Position numbers and translations under genes: made by a program. Shown here one piece after another: positions 18,981 through 29,451 of a stretch of 59,797 nucleotides of DNA. The DNA comes from an uncultured Candidatus Saccharibacteria bacterium (GTDB lineage Bacteria > Patescibacteriota > Saccharimonadia > CAILAD01 > BJGX01), in NCBI GenBank assembly GCA_964390265.1, contig CAYMHI010000005.1:1-59797 (forward strand). Reading direction: 5' to 3'. Position 1 is the stretch's first letter. Each line of letters starts with the position of its first letter. The notes beneath the pieces were generated by a model. The model saw only the letters and a program-made list of their open reading frames with translations, did no database searches and was not told where the DNA came from.

Positions 18981-20390
18981 ATGGCCACCAAAAAACCTCG
19001 AGTTTACAAAAAAGCATCTAGCAACAAACGCAAAATACCGCGTTGGGGCATAGTACTTATTATTGGCGTAATAGCAGCAGTTGGTATATTTGTAATATAT
19101 CGGTCTTTTGCTGCGACTGGGCTTGTACCTCAAGTTAATACTAAAAAAATAATAGAGGCTGGCGGTAAACAACCGCTTGATGATAGAGGGGTAGCACACC
19201 GATCGCCAATTACTCTCGAAGCCTGTCGTATGTCAGACACTCCTGGTGATGGACCAGAAAACAGAATATATGTAGGCGCCAAGCCAATTGTAACCAAAGC
19301 ACTTGCCGATAAACTTAATAAAGTTTGGGACCAGTACTATCCTCAATACCATATAGATGGCCAAGATGTACCTTGGGCCGCAGACTATACTCGTCCCTAT
19401 CAGGTGGGACTCACAGCATTTTATATAGTAGACAACAGAAATAAAACTGAAACCACCCGTAAATACACCTCATTATATAAACCATCTGAAGCCTTCAGTG
19501 GCCTTACTAGAGGTGGATGGTGGGCAAATGAACAAACATTGAATAGTGGCTTTATGCCTTATGCTCTAGCGCGACAAGGTAGGTTAATGGAGGGTGGTTT
19601 ACAAAAAGGTAAATATCCTTTTACAATGTACAAAGAGAGCTCTGACCCCAATGTTAATATGGATTGGAACCAAGCAATATATCGAGCTACTCCAGAATTA
19701 ACTACTGCTTTTTATCAAGATAAACCATATAATAACGAAGATCTAGCTAAATCAACAGGTACTATTTTAAGATCAAGATTTAATGACCCTAAATATACAG
19801 GCACTGCAAGCGGAGCTGCTGACTCGCCTGAAAAAATTAATCAGCTTACGCCCCCAGGTACCTTGCCGGGCAGAACCACTTGGAGCTATCTTACTGGTAA
19901 AGTAATGACTTATAACGATCAACGTTGTCCTGGAGGAGATGGTATTGCGCGACCTGAATGTTACGATATTATCAATAATCCAAACCCAATGATCTATTTT
20001 GATGTGCGTTGGCAATCAAGTTTTGGCAACGTTGGTCAAGGGATTGCATCCGGTGGCTCCGCTGGACCTCAAGACAATCATTATAGCGTTGGTGTGAGAT
20101 TCAAAGACTTACCTAAGTGTGGCCAAACACCTATCCCAACTAACACCCAAGCTCAAGTAGACGAATACTTCAAGATATCTCAAATTAGTAAACAACTTAG
20201 AGACAAAGCTGAAGCCGAAATGGCTAGCAAAGGCTTGGTAAGGACTGCCTCCGGAATACCAATAGAAAAACAGTGGCAAATGTCAGACATCGAAGTCAAT
20301 AATGGCATCTCACCTTTACCATCCTATGGCTTCTGGACACCTCGATCGGATGGTACATGGCGCGTTTTGGGCGGTTATAATTACTGGTAG
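18981..20390 (+). CDS. Hypothetical secreted protein (469 aa)
   Basis: Basic N-region, then a TM helix ending YRSFAA. No recognised domain. Confidence 0.75.
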   Translation: MATKKPRVYKKASSNKRKIPRWGIVLIIGVIAAVGIFVIYRSFAATGLVPQVNTKKIIEAGGKQPLDDRGVAHRSPITLEACRMSDTPGDGPENRIYVGAKPIVTKALADKLNKVWDQYYPQYHIDGQDVPWAADYTRPYQVGLTAFYIVDNRNKTETTRKYTSLYKPSEAFSGLTRGGWWANEQTLNSGFMPYALARQGRLMEGGLQKGKYPFTMYKESSDPNVNMDWNQAIYRATPELTTAFYQDKPYNNEDLAKSTGTILRSRFNDPKYTGTASGAADSPEKINQLTPPGTLPGRTTWSYLTGKVMTYNDQRCPGGDGIARPECYDIINNPNPMIYFDVRWQSSFGNVGQGIASGGSAGPQDNHYSVGVRFKDLPKCGQTPIPTNTQAQVDEYFKISQISKQLRDKAEAEMASKGLVRTASGIPIEKQWQMSDIEVNNGISPLPSYGFWTPRSDGTWRVLGGYNYW

Positions 20391-20492
20391 TAAATAATTA
20401 ATCTTGATTATTCTTTTAATAATCGTTCATTAATGTTTTTCATGGCTAGTTGGGCTAAGCAAGAATATAGTCTATAATAAATCATAACTATT

Positions 20493-21251
20493 ATGGATAA
20501 GTTGAGTAAAAAACCAGCAGACAATCACTCTACGCAGTATAATGCGCCTTCAAGTACAAACCATGCCAACGTAATGCAAAAACCTGAGCACAAAAAATCT
20601 CACAAAAAAATATGGATATTTGTCGGTATTGTGGCATTTGCCATTATTTTAGCGGCTGCTACTGGTGCATATTTTGTAGCCAAAAAAATCAACAATAAAC
20701 CTCAGCAATCTCAATCTATCAAAATAGGTAATATAGAATATACTCAAGCCGATATTAATAGATACAAAGCGGGTATAGAAGAGTATCAAACTCAAAACCC
20801 CAATGCTGTTAAATACCAAGATATTGCCAAGGGCACAAATGAAGAGCTAGTATTAAACGCTGCTCTCAAAAAAGAAGCTCAAGACCGCAATGTAAAAGTG
20901 TCCGACGAAGAAATGAAAAATGCTTTGGGGTTAGATTACACGCCAGACAATATGTCTAGCTATTTGACCCAAGCCAAGCAATTTTCTAATTTGAGTTTTG
21001 TGCAAACAATTAGAGCCGAGAACAATGCCTACCGCAAAAAGTTGCAAGATCAGCTAATCGCTAAGCGAGAGTTGTTGGTTTCTTCGGTGAGTTTTGATAC
21101 GCCGTTTCATTATCGTCAGCCAAACAAATCTGATATAGAAAAGCTACACCAGCAAGATATAGATAGGCAAATTCATTCGCTTGCTATACAAAATTGGCGC
21201 TACAATCTATTTCATTTATTAGTGGTTATGCTATATAATACAAACAAATAA
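20493..21251 (+). pseudogene. Truncated paralogue of the SurA-like N-terminus of the downstream giant protein
   Basis: Aligns with the N-terminus of 21259 up to LHQQDID, then reads into the AT-rich promoter region of the next gene. It could still be expressed. Confidence 0.5.
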
Positions 21252-21258
21252 TATTTTT

Positions 21259-24200
21259 ATGGATATCAAGAAACCTCAGTCAAATAAATCTGCCACCACA
21301 AAACCTGCATTAGGCGATGCTCAGCCCGCTGTATCACCTCAAAAAACAAACAAGTTTGGTAAAAATCACGCATTAATTATTATTGGCGTAGTTTTTGGCG
21401 TTGTGCTTGTAGCCTTGCTATCGTTTATGTTCTATAGGTACTACACTAGCAAGACATCTCAGGGCGAAGTATCGTCGCAAGAAATAGATAGATATGCCAA
21501 AGGAGTGGTTGAATACAAAGCCCAAAATCCCGACGAAGTAATAGTGGGCGACCCCAAACAAGTTGCTATTGACGATTTGGTTCTCAACAAAGCTCTAAAG
21601 GCCGAGGCTAAAGCTAGCAACAAAGAACTTACCACGGACGAAATTAATACGGTTCTGAAAATACCTAGTGACGTAATTAATACTCAAGCTTATATTGACG
21701 GTGTAGTATCAACTAACGATGCTGGCTTTGTAACTATTACCCGCAAGCTCAATCAAGAATACAGAAGAAAGTTACAAGACACCATTATTGCCAAAAGAAA
21801 GCTACTGTTTTCTACAGTAAGTTTTGATACACCATACAACTACTCGCAAAAGACCGAGGCCGATATAGCCAGAGTGCACCAAGAAGGGCTTGATATTTTA
21901 AAGTCGAAATTTTTACCGCTATATGATAGCAAGGCCAGTATAGAACAAATTGCCAAAGCCTCTGATGTGAATAACATCGATGGTAGTGCTGGAACCCCAC
22001 AGGCGCTACAATTATATTTCACCCAGCTCGTCACCAATGCTCAATTAGTAGATAATTATTCTCTCGAGCAAACACAGGTAGATAATGCTATACCTAATGA
22101 TCTTGTAAAACAGCTTCAGGAGGTTTCGGCTAGCACCAACGATCCAGCCAAAAAAGTAATAACTACGCCCACTGCTTTCTCACAAATAAGAAGCACCAAT
22201 AAAAAAGACTTAGAAGGTGTAGACTACGGCGCACCTGTAAAAGACCTACGCAATACCAACGAGCTAATTGCTAAACTAACCAACCCTGGTGACTACACAC
22301 AGCCATTTGCATCAAAAAGTGGTGCGCATATGATTGTAAGGCTTGAGTCGAAATCTGGTGGCAGCTACAACACCTGGGAAGAATACTTAGCAAAGAGCCG
22401 AGACAAATACTATAAGAACAATCAGATTGTTGCTTCTGATATCAGTAAAATAATACTTTCTAAATTAGGTGTTACAGATTACAAAAAAGTAGCTATGGGG
22501 CTGGTGCATTCCACTGCTGGAGTAGCACATGCCACTCAAACGTGCTCTGGCCATGACTATGCTCTAAATGTTGATGCTTATAAAATCGACAATGCAGGCG
22601 CTTTAACCCAAATATATTCAGTTACCGCAAATATCGCACAAAGCGGTCCTTGCCCCAATACTTTTAACTATAACGGATCTTTACCATTCAACAGGACAGG
22701 TAATTGTATGAATTACCAACCAACATACTCAAACCCACCCTCTAACTCAAATAGTAATCATCGATACATTGGGGCTATTGTGCAGCCTTGGGATCCAGAA
22801 AACGTAAATCAAGATAGTCAATGGGGGCTTAGATACTTCTACCAAAGAACAGATGATACCAATAGAAGCGTAGTTGCAACCTCTACCTTAAGACGTGACG
22901 GTCCTGACGGCAGGCCATTTAGTACCAATGCAACCCTTAACGGAACCCATAGGCTGTACGCTAGTGGTTACAACGACACCGGAGCCGCACCATTTTTGTC
23001 TAAGACATATAGATTATCGGCGAACGTCAATAGCCTGGTAGTGAACGCCCAATCACCACCTGCAGTTACGGATGGCCAGGGCAGGCGCTGGACGCGAGTC
23101 GGCGGTGTTCCAGAAGTTAAAAGCGCTACCATATCTACTAGTTACGATTTTGAATTTAGATATGAGCTGCTGCCTACTTGCCAAATATCAGCTAGCCCAA
23201 GTACTTTACCCAACAACAACAGCTATGCTTCAACCATTACTTGGTCGAGTACCAACGCCGATACCGCTACATCTGCCGATCTAAGTGGTACACTTGCGGT
23301 GAGCGGTAGTCAAGCAGTGACTCTACCCGTAAATAACTCTGGTAGTGCCACCACTAAGACATATAATATGACCGTTACTAGCGTTAGTGGCGATACGTAT
23401 AACTGCTCTACTACTGTAACGGTTAATCCTACAACTACAACTAATCCTCCCGTACCATCGGTAGATATAAAAGCTAATGGTGATGACGGTCCAATTACCC
23501 TAAACCCTGGCGATCCACTTACTCTTAGCTGGACGAGCGGGAATATTAGAACAACGCCAGAGCCAATATGTACGGCACTTGCTTCACCCAGTACCATAAC
23601 CTCGTGGACTGGCAACAAGGCCTCAAGCTCTGGTGGTGAAACCCACACCAATGACCTCTCCGCATCTACTAATAGTATTACCTATTCAATTACCTGTAAT
23701 GGTGTGTCGGGCAGCAACCCAACCACCGCATCAGACTCTGTTACTGTGAGCGTTAATCAGGTGGCATATTACCCATGGCTACAAACCCTTAATGGCGATG
23801 TAGGGAGTTACGGCAAAATACAAGGGCAGAACACCGGCTTAGCTACTAATTTATTGGAAAACCCCGGAGGCAGAAGGTATAACAATGCAGCTGATCGTGG
23901 TGCTGGTTTGGCCGAAGCAACCTATGTAGTAGCAGGTAATGGTGCGGCGGGTACAAACTTCTGTTCTTCTGCACCCAAATACTACACCTTGGGGCAGACA
24001 ATCGCAAACATCAGAAATAGCTGTGCAACCGGAGGTTATGGCCGAGACGGTATTAGTGTAGAAGACCCAATTTCTGCTACAGAGAGTGCGTATAACAACA
24101 ATGGATCCGGGGTCGCAGGAGCTAATACTGCATGTAAACCTTACAATACTAAATCTGTTGCTCCTACAGCTACAATAGACCGAGTAGTCAATCTTAACTG

Positions 24201-24816
24201 TACAAGTGCTCCGTCTACTAGTGTCAACCCTAACGCCGGTGGCGGTATACAGAAGGTCACTACAGATGTATCTAATACATATAATCTGACTATCCAGGCC
24301 GGCCAAACTATTTCGGGTAAAGGCACTCTCTTTGTTAAGGCCTCACCGTCAGCTCCTGCCGGGCAAAAAGCCAGACTAAACATTAACAGCAATATTCTTT
24401 ATCCTGCAACCGCAACTGGCGTAACCACGCCGGCACAGCTGCCTAACTTCTCTATAGTGGTAGATGGTGATGTATATATATCTAATTCTGTGACAGAAAT
24501 AGATGCTGCAATAATTGCCAGCGGTAAGATATATACTTGCGCCGAAGCGATACAGAACGTATCACCAACTTTAGACTTTAATAGAGGTATAGCTTGTGGC
24601 AACAAACTGACTGTTTATGGTCAATTGGTTGGTAGTGGAATAGACTTTGGTAGACGAGCATACAATGCTCAAGACCCCAACAACAACCCGGCCGAGAAGA
24701 TTATTCTTACTTATCAGTCTGTAATGTTCCCACCACCAGGTTTGAGTAAAAGTGATGGCAATACTAGCTCTCAACTTGAGATTGACTATCAAGAGTATCC
24801 TCCAATCTTGCAGTAA
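21259..24816 (+). CDS. Giant surface protein: N-anchored SurA/PrsA-like region fused to Ig/PKD-like repeats and a CPR pilus-adhesin-like C-terminal domain
   Basis: TM helix near the N-terminus; degenerate parvulin motifs; Thr/Ser-rich beta repeats; PWLQTLNGDV and DGDVYI...V.EIDAAIIA.G.IYTC...C..KLTVYG...PAEKI...PPG...EYPP. Directly upstream of pilM. Confidence 0.7.
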   Translation: MDIKKPQSNKSATTKPALGDAQPAVSPQKTNKFGKNHALIIIGVVFGVVLVALLSFMFYRYYTSKTSQGEVSSQEIDRYAKGVVEYKAQNPDEVIVGDPKQVAIDDLVLNKALKAEAKASNKELTTDEINTVLKIPSDVINTQAYIDGVVSTNDAGFVTITRKLNQEYRRKLQDTIIAKRKLLFSTVSFDTPYNYSQKTEADIARVHQEGLDILKSKFLPLYDSKASIEQIAKASDVNNIDGSAGTPQALQLYFTQLVTNAQLVDNYSLEQTQVDNAIPNDLVKQLQEVSASTNDPAKKVITTPTAFSQIRSTNKKDLEGVDYGAPVKDLRNTNELIAKLTNPGDYTQPFASKSGAHMIVRLESKSGGSYNTWEEYLAKSRDKYYKNNQIVASDISKIILSKLGVTDYKKVAMGLVHSTAGVAHATQTCSGHDYALNVDAYKIDNAGALTQIYSVTANIAQSGPCPNTFNYNGSLPFNRTGNCMNYQPTYSNPPSNSNSNHRYIGAIVQPWDPENVNQDSQWGLRYFYQRTDDTNRSVVATSTLRRDGPDGRPFSTNATLNGTHRLYASGYNDTGAAPFLSKTYRLSANVNSLVVNAQSPPAVTDGQGRRWTRVGGVPEVKSATISTSYDFEFRYELLPTCQISASPSTLPNNNSYASTITWSSTNADTATSADLSGTLAVSGSQAVTLPVNNSGSATTKTYNMTVTSVSGDTYNCSTTVTVNPTTTTNPPVPSVDIKANGDDGPITLNPGDPLTLSWTSGNIRTTPEPICTALASPSTITSWTGNKASSSGGETHTNDLSASTNSITYSITCNGVSGSNPTTASDSVTVSVNQVAYYPWLQTLNGDVGSYGKIQGQNTGLATNLLENPGGRRYNNAADRGAGLAEATYVVAGNGAAGTNFCSSAPKYYTLGQTIANIRNSCATGGYGRDGISVEDPISATESAYNNNGSGVAGANTACKPYNTKSVAPTATIDRVVNLNCTSAPSTSVNPNAGGGIQKVTTDVSNTYNLTIQAGQTISGKGTLFVKASPSAPAGQKARLNINSNILYPATATGVTTPAQLPNFSIVVDGDVYISNSVTEIDAAIIASGKIYTCAEAIQNVSPTLDFNRGIACGNKLTVYGQLVGSGIDFGRRAYNAQDPNNNPAEKIILTYQSVMFPPPGLSKSDGNTSSQLEIDYQEYPPILQ

Positions 24817-25012
24817 TGCGCTATAACGTACAGACATAAGTGTAAACTAGTAGATTAAATATAACTAAAATAAGATAGGCTTAACATAATTCTTATGCTA
24901 AAATAATAAGCATATAAAGAATTCTATATATGCCAATCAAATCTATAAATCACCCCACAAAACAAATATTTTGTATTTCTAATTATTTAGATTGCAATAA
25001 GGTAAGGGCTGT

Positions 25013-26059
25013 ATGAAAATATTCCCTCAAGAAGATAATTTCTTTGGTCTAGATCTTGGTACGAGCAGTATCAAGCTTACACAACTACGCCAATTGCATG
25101 GCCGACCCAATCTTGTTACCTATGGTGATATTGAAATACCAGAAAATTTGGTTTCCAGCAGCTCTGATATAGACCAAACCAAGTTAGCCGGGTTGATCAA
25201 TCAGCTAGCGGCCGATGCCAAGGTTACCTCTAAAAACGTGGTAGCTAGTCTTAATGCGGCGCAGTCGTATACAGCGATAATTCAAACCCCTAAGCTTAGT
25301 CACGAGGAGTTGAGTGAGAGTATTCACTTTCAAGCCGAGAAAGTTATTCCAATGGCTATAGATCAAATTAAGCTCGACTGGGCTGTAGTGGGTGAAGATG
25401 TGGAGGCCGAGGAGTTAGATGTACTTTTGGTAGCTACCCCCAATGTTGTGGCTAACAGATATTTGGCACTGGTACAAAAAGCTGGTTTTGAGCTATTAGC
25501 ACTAGAGATTAATTCTATTGCCCAGGCGCGTTCTTTGGTGCGACCAACTGACCGCGAGAAGTGCCTAATATTAATAGATATGGGTATGCAAAGTTGTGAT
25601 ATTGCCATCATAGAAGATATGGTTCCGCATTTGGTGCGCTCTACCACAGTAGGTAGCAGGGTATTTATGCGTTCTATTATGCAAAACTTAAGTATCGACG
25701 AAGAGCAGGCCGATCAGTTTATGCGTAAATTTGGTATGGATCAATCAAAAGTAGAAGGCCAGGTATACAAAACGCTCAAGCCCAACGTTGATCAGCTAAT
25801 TGATGAGATAAACAAATCTATTGAATTCTTTCAAGACAAAAACAAAGATGTAAAGGTAGAAAAAATAATTCTGACCGGCGGTACCACGGCTATGCCAGGC
25901 TTGCCGTTGTATATTGCTAACAGCACCGGGCTTACTGTAGAGATTGGCAATGCTTGGCAAAATATTAGTTATCCAGCCGAGCTAGAGTCTAATTTGGCGG
26001 CACTGAGCTTGAGCTATGGAACGGCAATTGGTTTGTCGCTAAGAGGTTTTAAGCTATGA
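25013..26059 (+). CDS. pilM: Type IV pilus assembly protein PilM
   Basis: GLDLGTSSIKL, IDMG...CDI and ILTGGT..MPGL actin-like motifs; first gene of pilMNO. Confidence 0.92.
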   Translation: MKIFPQEDNFFGLDLGTSSIKLTQLRQLHGRPNLVTYGDIEIPENLVSSSSDIDQTKLAGLINQLAADAKVTSKNVVASLNAAQSYTAIIQTPKLSHEELSESIHFQAEKVIPMAIDQIKLDWAVVGEDVEAEELDVLLVATPNVVANRYLALVQKAGFELLALEINSIAQARSLVRPTDREKCLILIDMGMQSCDIAIIEDMVPHLVRSTTVGSRVFMRSIMQNLSIDEEQADQFMRKFGMDQSKVEGQVYKTLKPNVDQLIDEINKSIEFFQDKNKDVKVEKIILTGGTTAMPGLPLYIANSTGLTVEIGNAWQNISYPAELESNLAALSLSYGTAIGLSLRGFKL

Positions 26060-26679
26060 TGCTGCAAATAAATCTTTTGCCCGAGGCGAGGATACTCAAG
26101 CTCAAAGATATGACGCGCAAGCGTACAGTTACCACCGTAACAGTGATAGTAATATTGGTTTTTGCAACCATTATTATTACCTTAGTATTGCTGCTAGGCT
26201 ACGAGTACTCGCTCAATCAAGCTAATCTTGCTAGAGTAAATACACTCAAAAAAGATATTGCCAACAAACACGACTTAGAACAAAAATCAGCTACTTTACA
26301 AGAAAACTTGGCAGCCTTTGCGACATTGCAAAAAAATAGACTATACGTAAGTGAAATATTTAGAAGCCTAGGTAGTGTTATACCGGCCAATGTAAAAATT
26401 AATAGTTTTCAAATAAGCAGTGATTATGTGGTGACTGTTTCTGGTACGGCACCTAGCTTCGCTGCCGTGAGTACCTTCTCTGAGGCCCTGCAACAATACA
26501 ATGTAAACTTTAAGCCCCAGGCCAACCTTGAGAGAAAACAGCTATTTTCAGACGTCAAGATTACCTCTGTGAGTCGTGATAGTAATAGTACCTCGGTAGC
26601 ATTTACTATGACGTTCAAGGTAGACCCGGCCGTATTTAGCCAAGCGCAGTCGCAAACAACAACCCCAACCCAAAATTAA
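26056..26679 (+). CDS. pilN: PilN family protein
   Basis: QINLLPE motif, one TM helix, coiled coil, and L...IP..V.I....I....V.VSG.A. Confidence 0.85.
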   Translation: MMLQINLLPEARILKLKDMTRKRTVTTVTVIVILVFATIIITLVLLLGYEYSLNQANLARVNTLKKDIANKHDLEQKSATLQENLAAFATLQKNRLYVSEIFRSLGSVIPANVKINSFQISSDYVVTVSGTAPSFAAVSTFSEALQQYNVNFKPQANLERKQLFSDVKITSVSRDSNSTSVAFTMTFKVDPAVFSQAQSQTTTPTQN

Positions 26680-26688
26680 CTTTTTATT

Positions 26689-27384
26689 ATGGAAAACCCT
26701 ACTACTACCAAAAAACCAGTCTCTAAAAAACCTGTTCAGGTACCCAATACGCCAACTAGTCAGTCGGCCAGTGCCTCAACACGCCGCTATATGCAAATAG
26801 CTGGTATTATTATTGCTGTGGTGGTTTTGGTGGGCGGTTATCTTATATATTATTTAGCCAACAAATACACCCAAATTTCTAACGTTAACAAGGCTCAAGA
26901 CAAGCTGTTGACGGCACTACAGGCCAACCAAAAGAGCCTCAAAGAACTTGCACCTAATTATGAGGCCATAACCACCAAGAACGAAACTGGCATTTCTGAT
27001 GCCGATCTAATATTGAGGGCTGTTCCTACTACCCAAAATTACGAGAGCTTGCTGGCGATGTTAGAGAAAATGGGATTGGAGAGTGGTGTAAAAGTGTCGA
27101 GTATCTCGCAAACCGGCACGACTGCTACAGGCACCGATGCAACTAGCGGAGCTACTGCAAGCTCTAGCACCGAGGCTACGCCATTTACGTTTACCGTCAA
27201 TGTAGAAGGCAGTTACGCTGCCATTATAGAGTTTTTAAAAAAGACCGAAAGTTCGGCGCGGGTAATTAATTTTAATAGTATGAGCCTAAATGGTAAAAGC
27301 TCTAGTATTAACGCCAACCTCACAATGACCACATTTTTTAAGCCCAATGCCGATATTGAAAGTAAACAGGAGCCACTAAGGTAA
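26689..27384 (+). CDS. pilO: PilO family protein
   Basis: TM helix, coiled coil, AVPT and V.GSY..I..FL...E...RVI motifs; position after pilN. Confidence 0.8.
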   Translation: MENPTTTKKPVSKKPVQVPNTPTSQSASASTRRYMQIAGIIIAVVVLVGGYLIYYLANKYTQISNVNKAQDKLLTALQANQKSLKELAPNYEAITTKNETGISDADLILRAVPTTQNYESLLAMLEKMGLESGVKVSSISQTGTTATGTDATSGATASSSTEATPFTFTVNVEGSYAAIIEFLKKTESSARVINFNSMSLNGKSSSINANLTMTTFFKPNADIESKQEPLR

Positions 27385-27388
27385 AGCT

Positions 27389-27631
27389 ATGCAGAAAAAG
27401 AACATCATCACCATAGTAATATCGGTAGTAATATTTATAGTTGCACTGGCCTTTATCTATCGCTATCTTGTACCAGCCCCCAAGAACTCGGGCATAATGG
27501 TAGAGGTACCGTATACCGTGGTGCCTACTTTCAATCAAGAGCAACTAGATACCCTTAAGCGGGATGTTAAAGACTACAGCCAAAACCTAACTCCTGTTGA
27601 CAATGGTGGTAATCAGCCGGTTTTGAGGTGA
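27389..27631 (+). CDS. Small single-pass membrane protein of the pil operon (PilP position)
   Basis: 80 aa, N-terminal TM helix, located between pilO and pilB. Confidence 0.6.
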   Translation: MQKKNIITIVISVVIFIVALAFIYRYLVPAPKNSGIMVEVPYTVVPTFNQEQLDTLKRDVKDYSQNLTPVDNGGNQPVLR

Positions 27632-27643
27632 TAGGAGGTGGCT

Positions 27644-29434
27644 TTGGCAACAAAAATATCTGACACCGACATAGATAAATTTATTGCTCAAAATGGCTTG
27701 GTAGACTCTGCCAAGCTTGAGGTGGCTAAGCACGACTCTATTCAGACTGGTAAATCACTAATTGATATTTTGGTTGCCCAAAAAATACTTAGTGAAGATG
27801 ATGGTGTGAAAATCATCGCCCTAATTAAGGGTATACCTTTTATAGAGCTGGGCAATATGCAGATAAGCAATGATATTTTGAGTATTATACCCAAAGAAGA
27901 TGCTTTACAATACACCGCGGTGGCTTTTGGAGTTAGCCAGGGTAGGCTCAATGTGGCCATGCAAGATCCAAGCAATCTTCAAGCCATAGACTTTTTGGCT
28001 CGTAAAACTGGCTATCCTATTAGAGCCTATATGTCCACCAAGAGCCAAATAATGGCCTGGATAAACAACTACCAAGCCAATTTAGATACTGAGGTAGAGC
28101 AGGCGCTGGGGCAAAATCAAAAAGATGATAACAAAGAGGCCGAGACGGTAAAGCATTTTGATGCCAAAGACTCTAAAAAACTAGAGACAATTGTGCAAGA
28201 CGCACCAATTACCCGAGCTCTCAACTCAATTATAGAATACGCAATCAACGCTCACGCCTCAGATATTCACATAGAACCACGCGAGAATGAACTCAAAATA
28301 CGCTTTAGAATTGACGGTATATTGCAAGAGGTAATGACTCTGCCCAAAACAACTGAGCCAGCCCTAATATCGCGTATAAAAATATTATCCAAACTCAAAA
28401 TTGATGAACATAGGGTGCCTCAAGACGGTGAGGCGGTGTATAGAATTGGCGACAAAGAGATTGATTTACGTATTGCAATTGCACCAATTAGTTTTGGTGA
28501 GCAGGTAGTGATAAGACTACTAGATAAGTCTGACTCGCTATTCAAACTAAATAGTTTGGGTATTTTTGGCCGTAGCTACGAGTTAATTAAAAAAGGTATG
28601 AATAAGCCCCATGGTATGATTTTGTCTACCGGGCCAACTGGCTCTGGCAAATCAACTACGCTCTATGCCGTTATTCAAGAAATATTGAGCCCCAAAATAA
28701 ACATTATTACTCTTGAAGATCCGGTAGAGTATAAGATGTCGGGCGTAAATCAAATACAAGTTAATACCGATGTGGGCCTTACCTTCGCGTCGGGTTTGCG
28801 GGCAATCTTGCGACAAGACCCCAATGTTATTATGGTAGGTGAAATTCGTGACCGTATTACTGCCGATTTGGCAGTGCAATCGGCCCTAACTGGTCACTTA
28901 GTGTTATCTACGCTACACACCAACGGCGCTGCCGGCGTGCTGCCGCGACTGTTAGATATGAAAATTGAGCCATATCTAATAGCTAGTACAGTCAATACCT
29001 GTATAGGTCAGCGCCTGGTGCGTAAGGTGTGCGACAACTGCAAGGCTGGTTACTCAGCCAGTCCCGCGGCGGTTACTATGATAAATAAGTTTGTTGGTAG
29101 TTTGCTACCCAAAGACAACGCCACCAAAAAAGAAACCGAGTATACGCTTGGCTACAATAATTTGCCAATTTACTCTCAAACCGCTTATACTTTATACAAG
29201 GGGAGAGGCTGCCCGCAGTGCCAAGATGGTTACAAGGGCAGAACCGGCCTATATGAGGTGTTTGAAATGAACCCTACCATAGAGCAACTTCTTCTCAAGC
29301 ACGCTACCACCAGCAGTATTCAAAAACAAGCCCAAGCCGATGGTATGATTACTATGCTTCAAGATGGCATACTAAAGGCACTATGCGGAATCTCTACCTT
29401 AGAAGAGGTAGCCAGGGTAGCCTCAGAAGCTTAA
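27644..29434 (+). CDS. pilB: Type IV pilus extension ATPase PilB (GspE family)
   Basis: ASDIHIEP, GPTGSGKSTTLY, EDPVEY, LRQDP.VIMVGEIRD, LSTLHTN, CxxC...CxxC. Probable TTG start at 27644 after GGAGG; the ORF is open from 27638. Confidence 0.95.
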   Translation: MATKISDTDIDKFIAQNGLVDSAKLEVAKHDSIQTGKSLIDILVAQKILSEDDGVKIIALIKGIPFIELGNMQISNDILSIIPKEDALQYTAVAFGVSQGRLNVAMQDPSNLQAIDFLARKTGYPIRAYMSTKSQIMAWINNYQANLDTEVEQALGQNQKDDNKEAETVKHFDAKDSKKLETIVQDAPITRALNSIIEYAINAHASDIHIEPRENELKIRFRIDGILQEVMTLPKTTEPALISRIKILSKLKIDEHRVPQDGEAVYRIGDKEIDLRIAIAPISFGEQVVIRLLDKSDSLFKLNSLGIFGRSYELIKKGMNKPHGMILSTGPTGSGKSTTLYAVIQEILSPKINIITLEDPVEYKMSGVNQIQVNTDVGLTFASGLRAILRQDPNVIMVGEIRDRITADLAVQSALTGHLVLSTLHTNGAAGVLPRLLDMKIEPYLIASTVNTCIGQRLVRKVCDNCKAGYSASPAAVTMINKFVGSLLPKDNATKKETEYTLGYNNLPIYSQTAYTLYKGRGCPQCQDGYKGRTGLYEVFEMNPTIEQLLLKHATTSSIQKQAQADGMITMLQDGILKALCGISTLEEVARVASEA

Positions 29435-29451
29435 TAAACAATAGGAAAACC

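Noticed and set aside
20493-24816. One gene split by a frameshift or sequencing error
   Set aside because: The two ORFs are paralogous repeats of the same N-terminal module, each with its own TM anchor, not consecutive halves.
24879-24906. dif site (XerD-arm-like GCTTAACATAA); a similar motif lies at 59491-59510
   Set aside because: The inverted arms are 2-3 nt apart instead of 6, there is no XerC arm, and the motif is better explained as promoter sequence.
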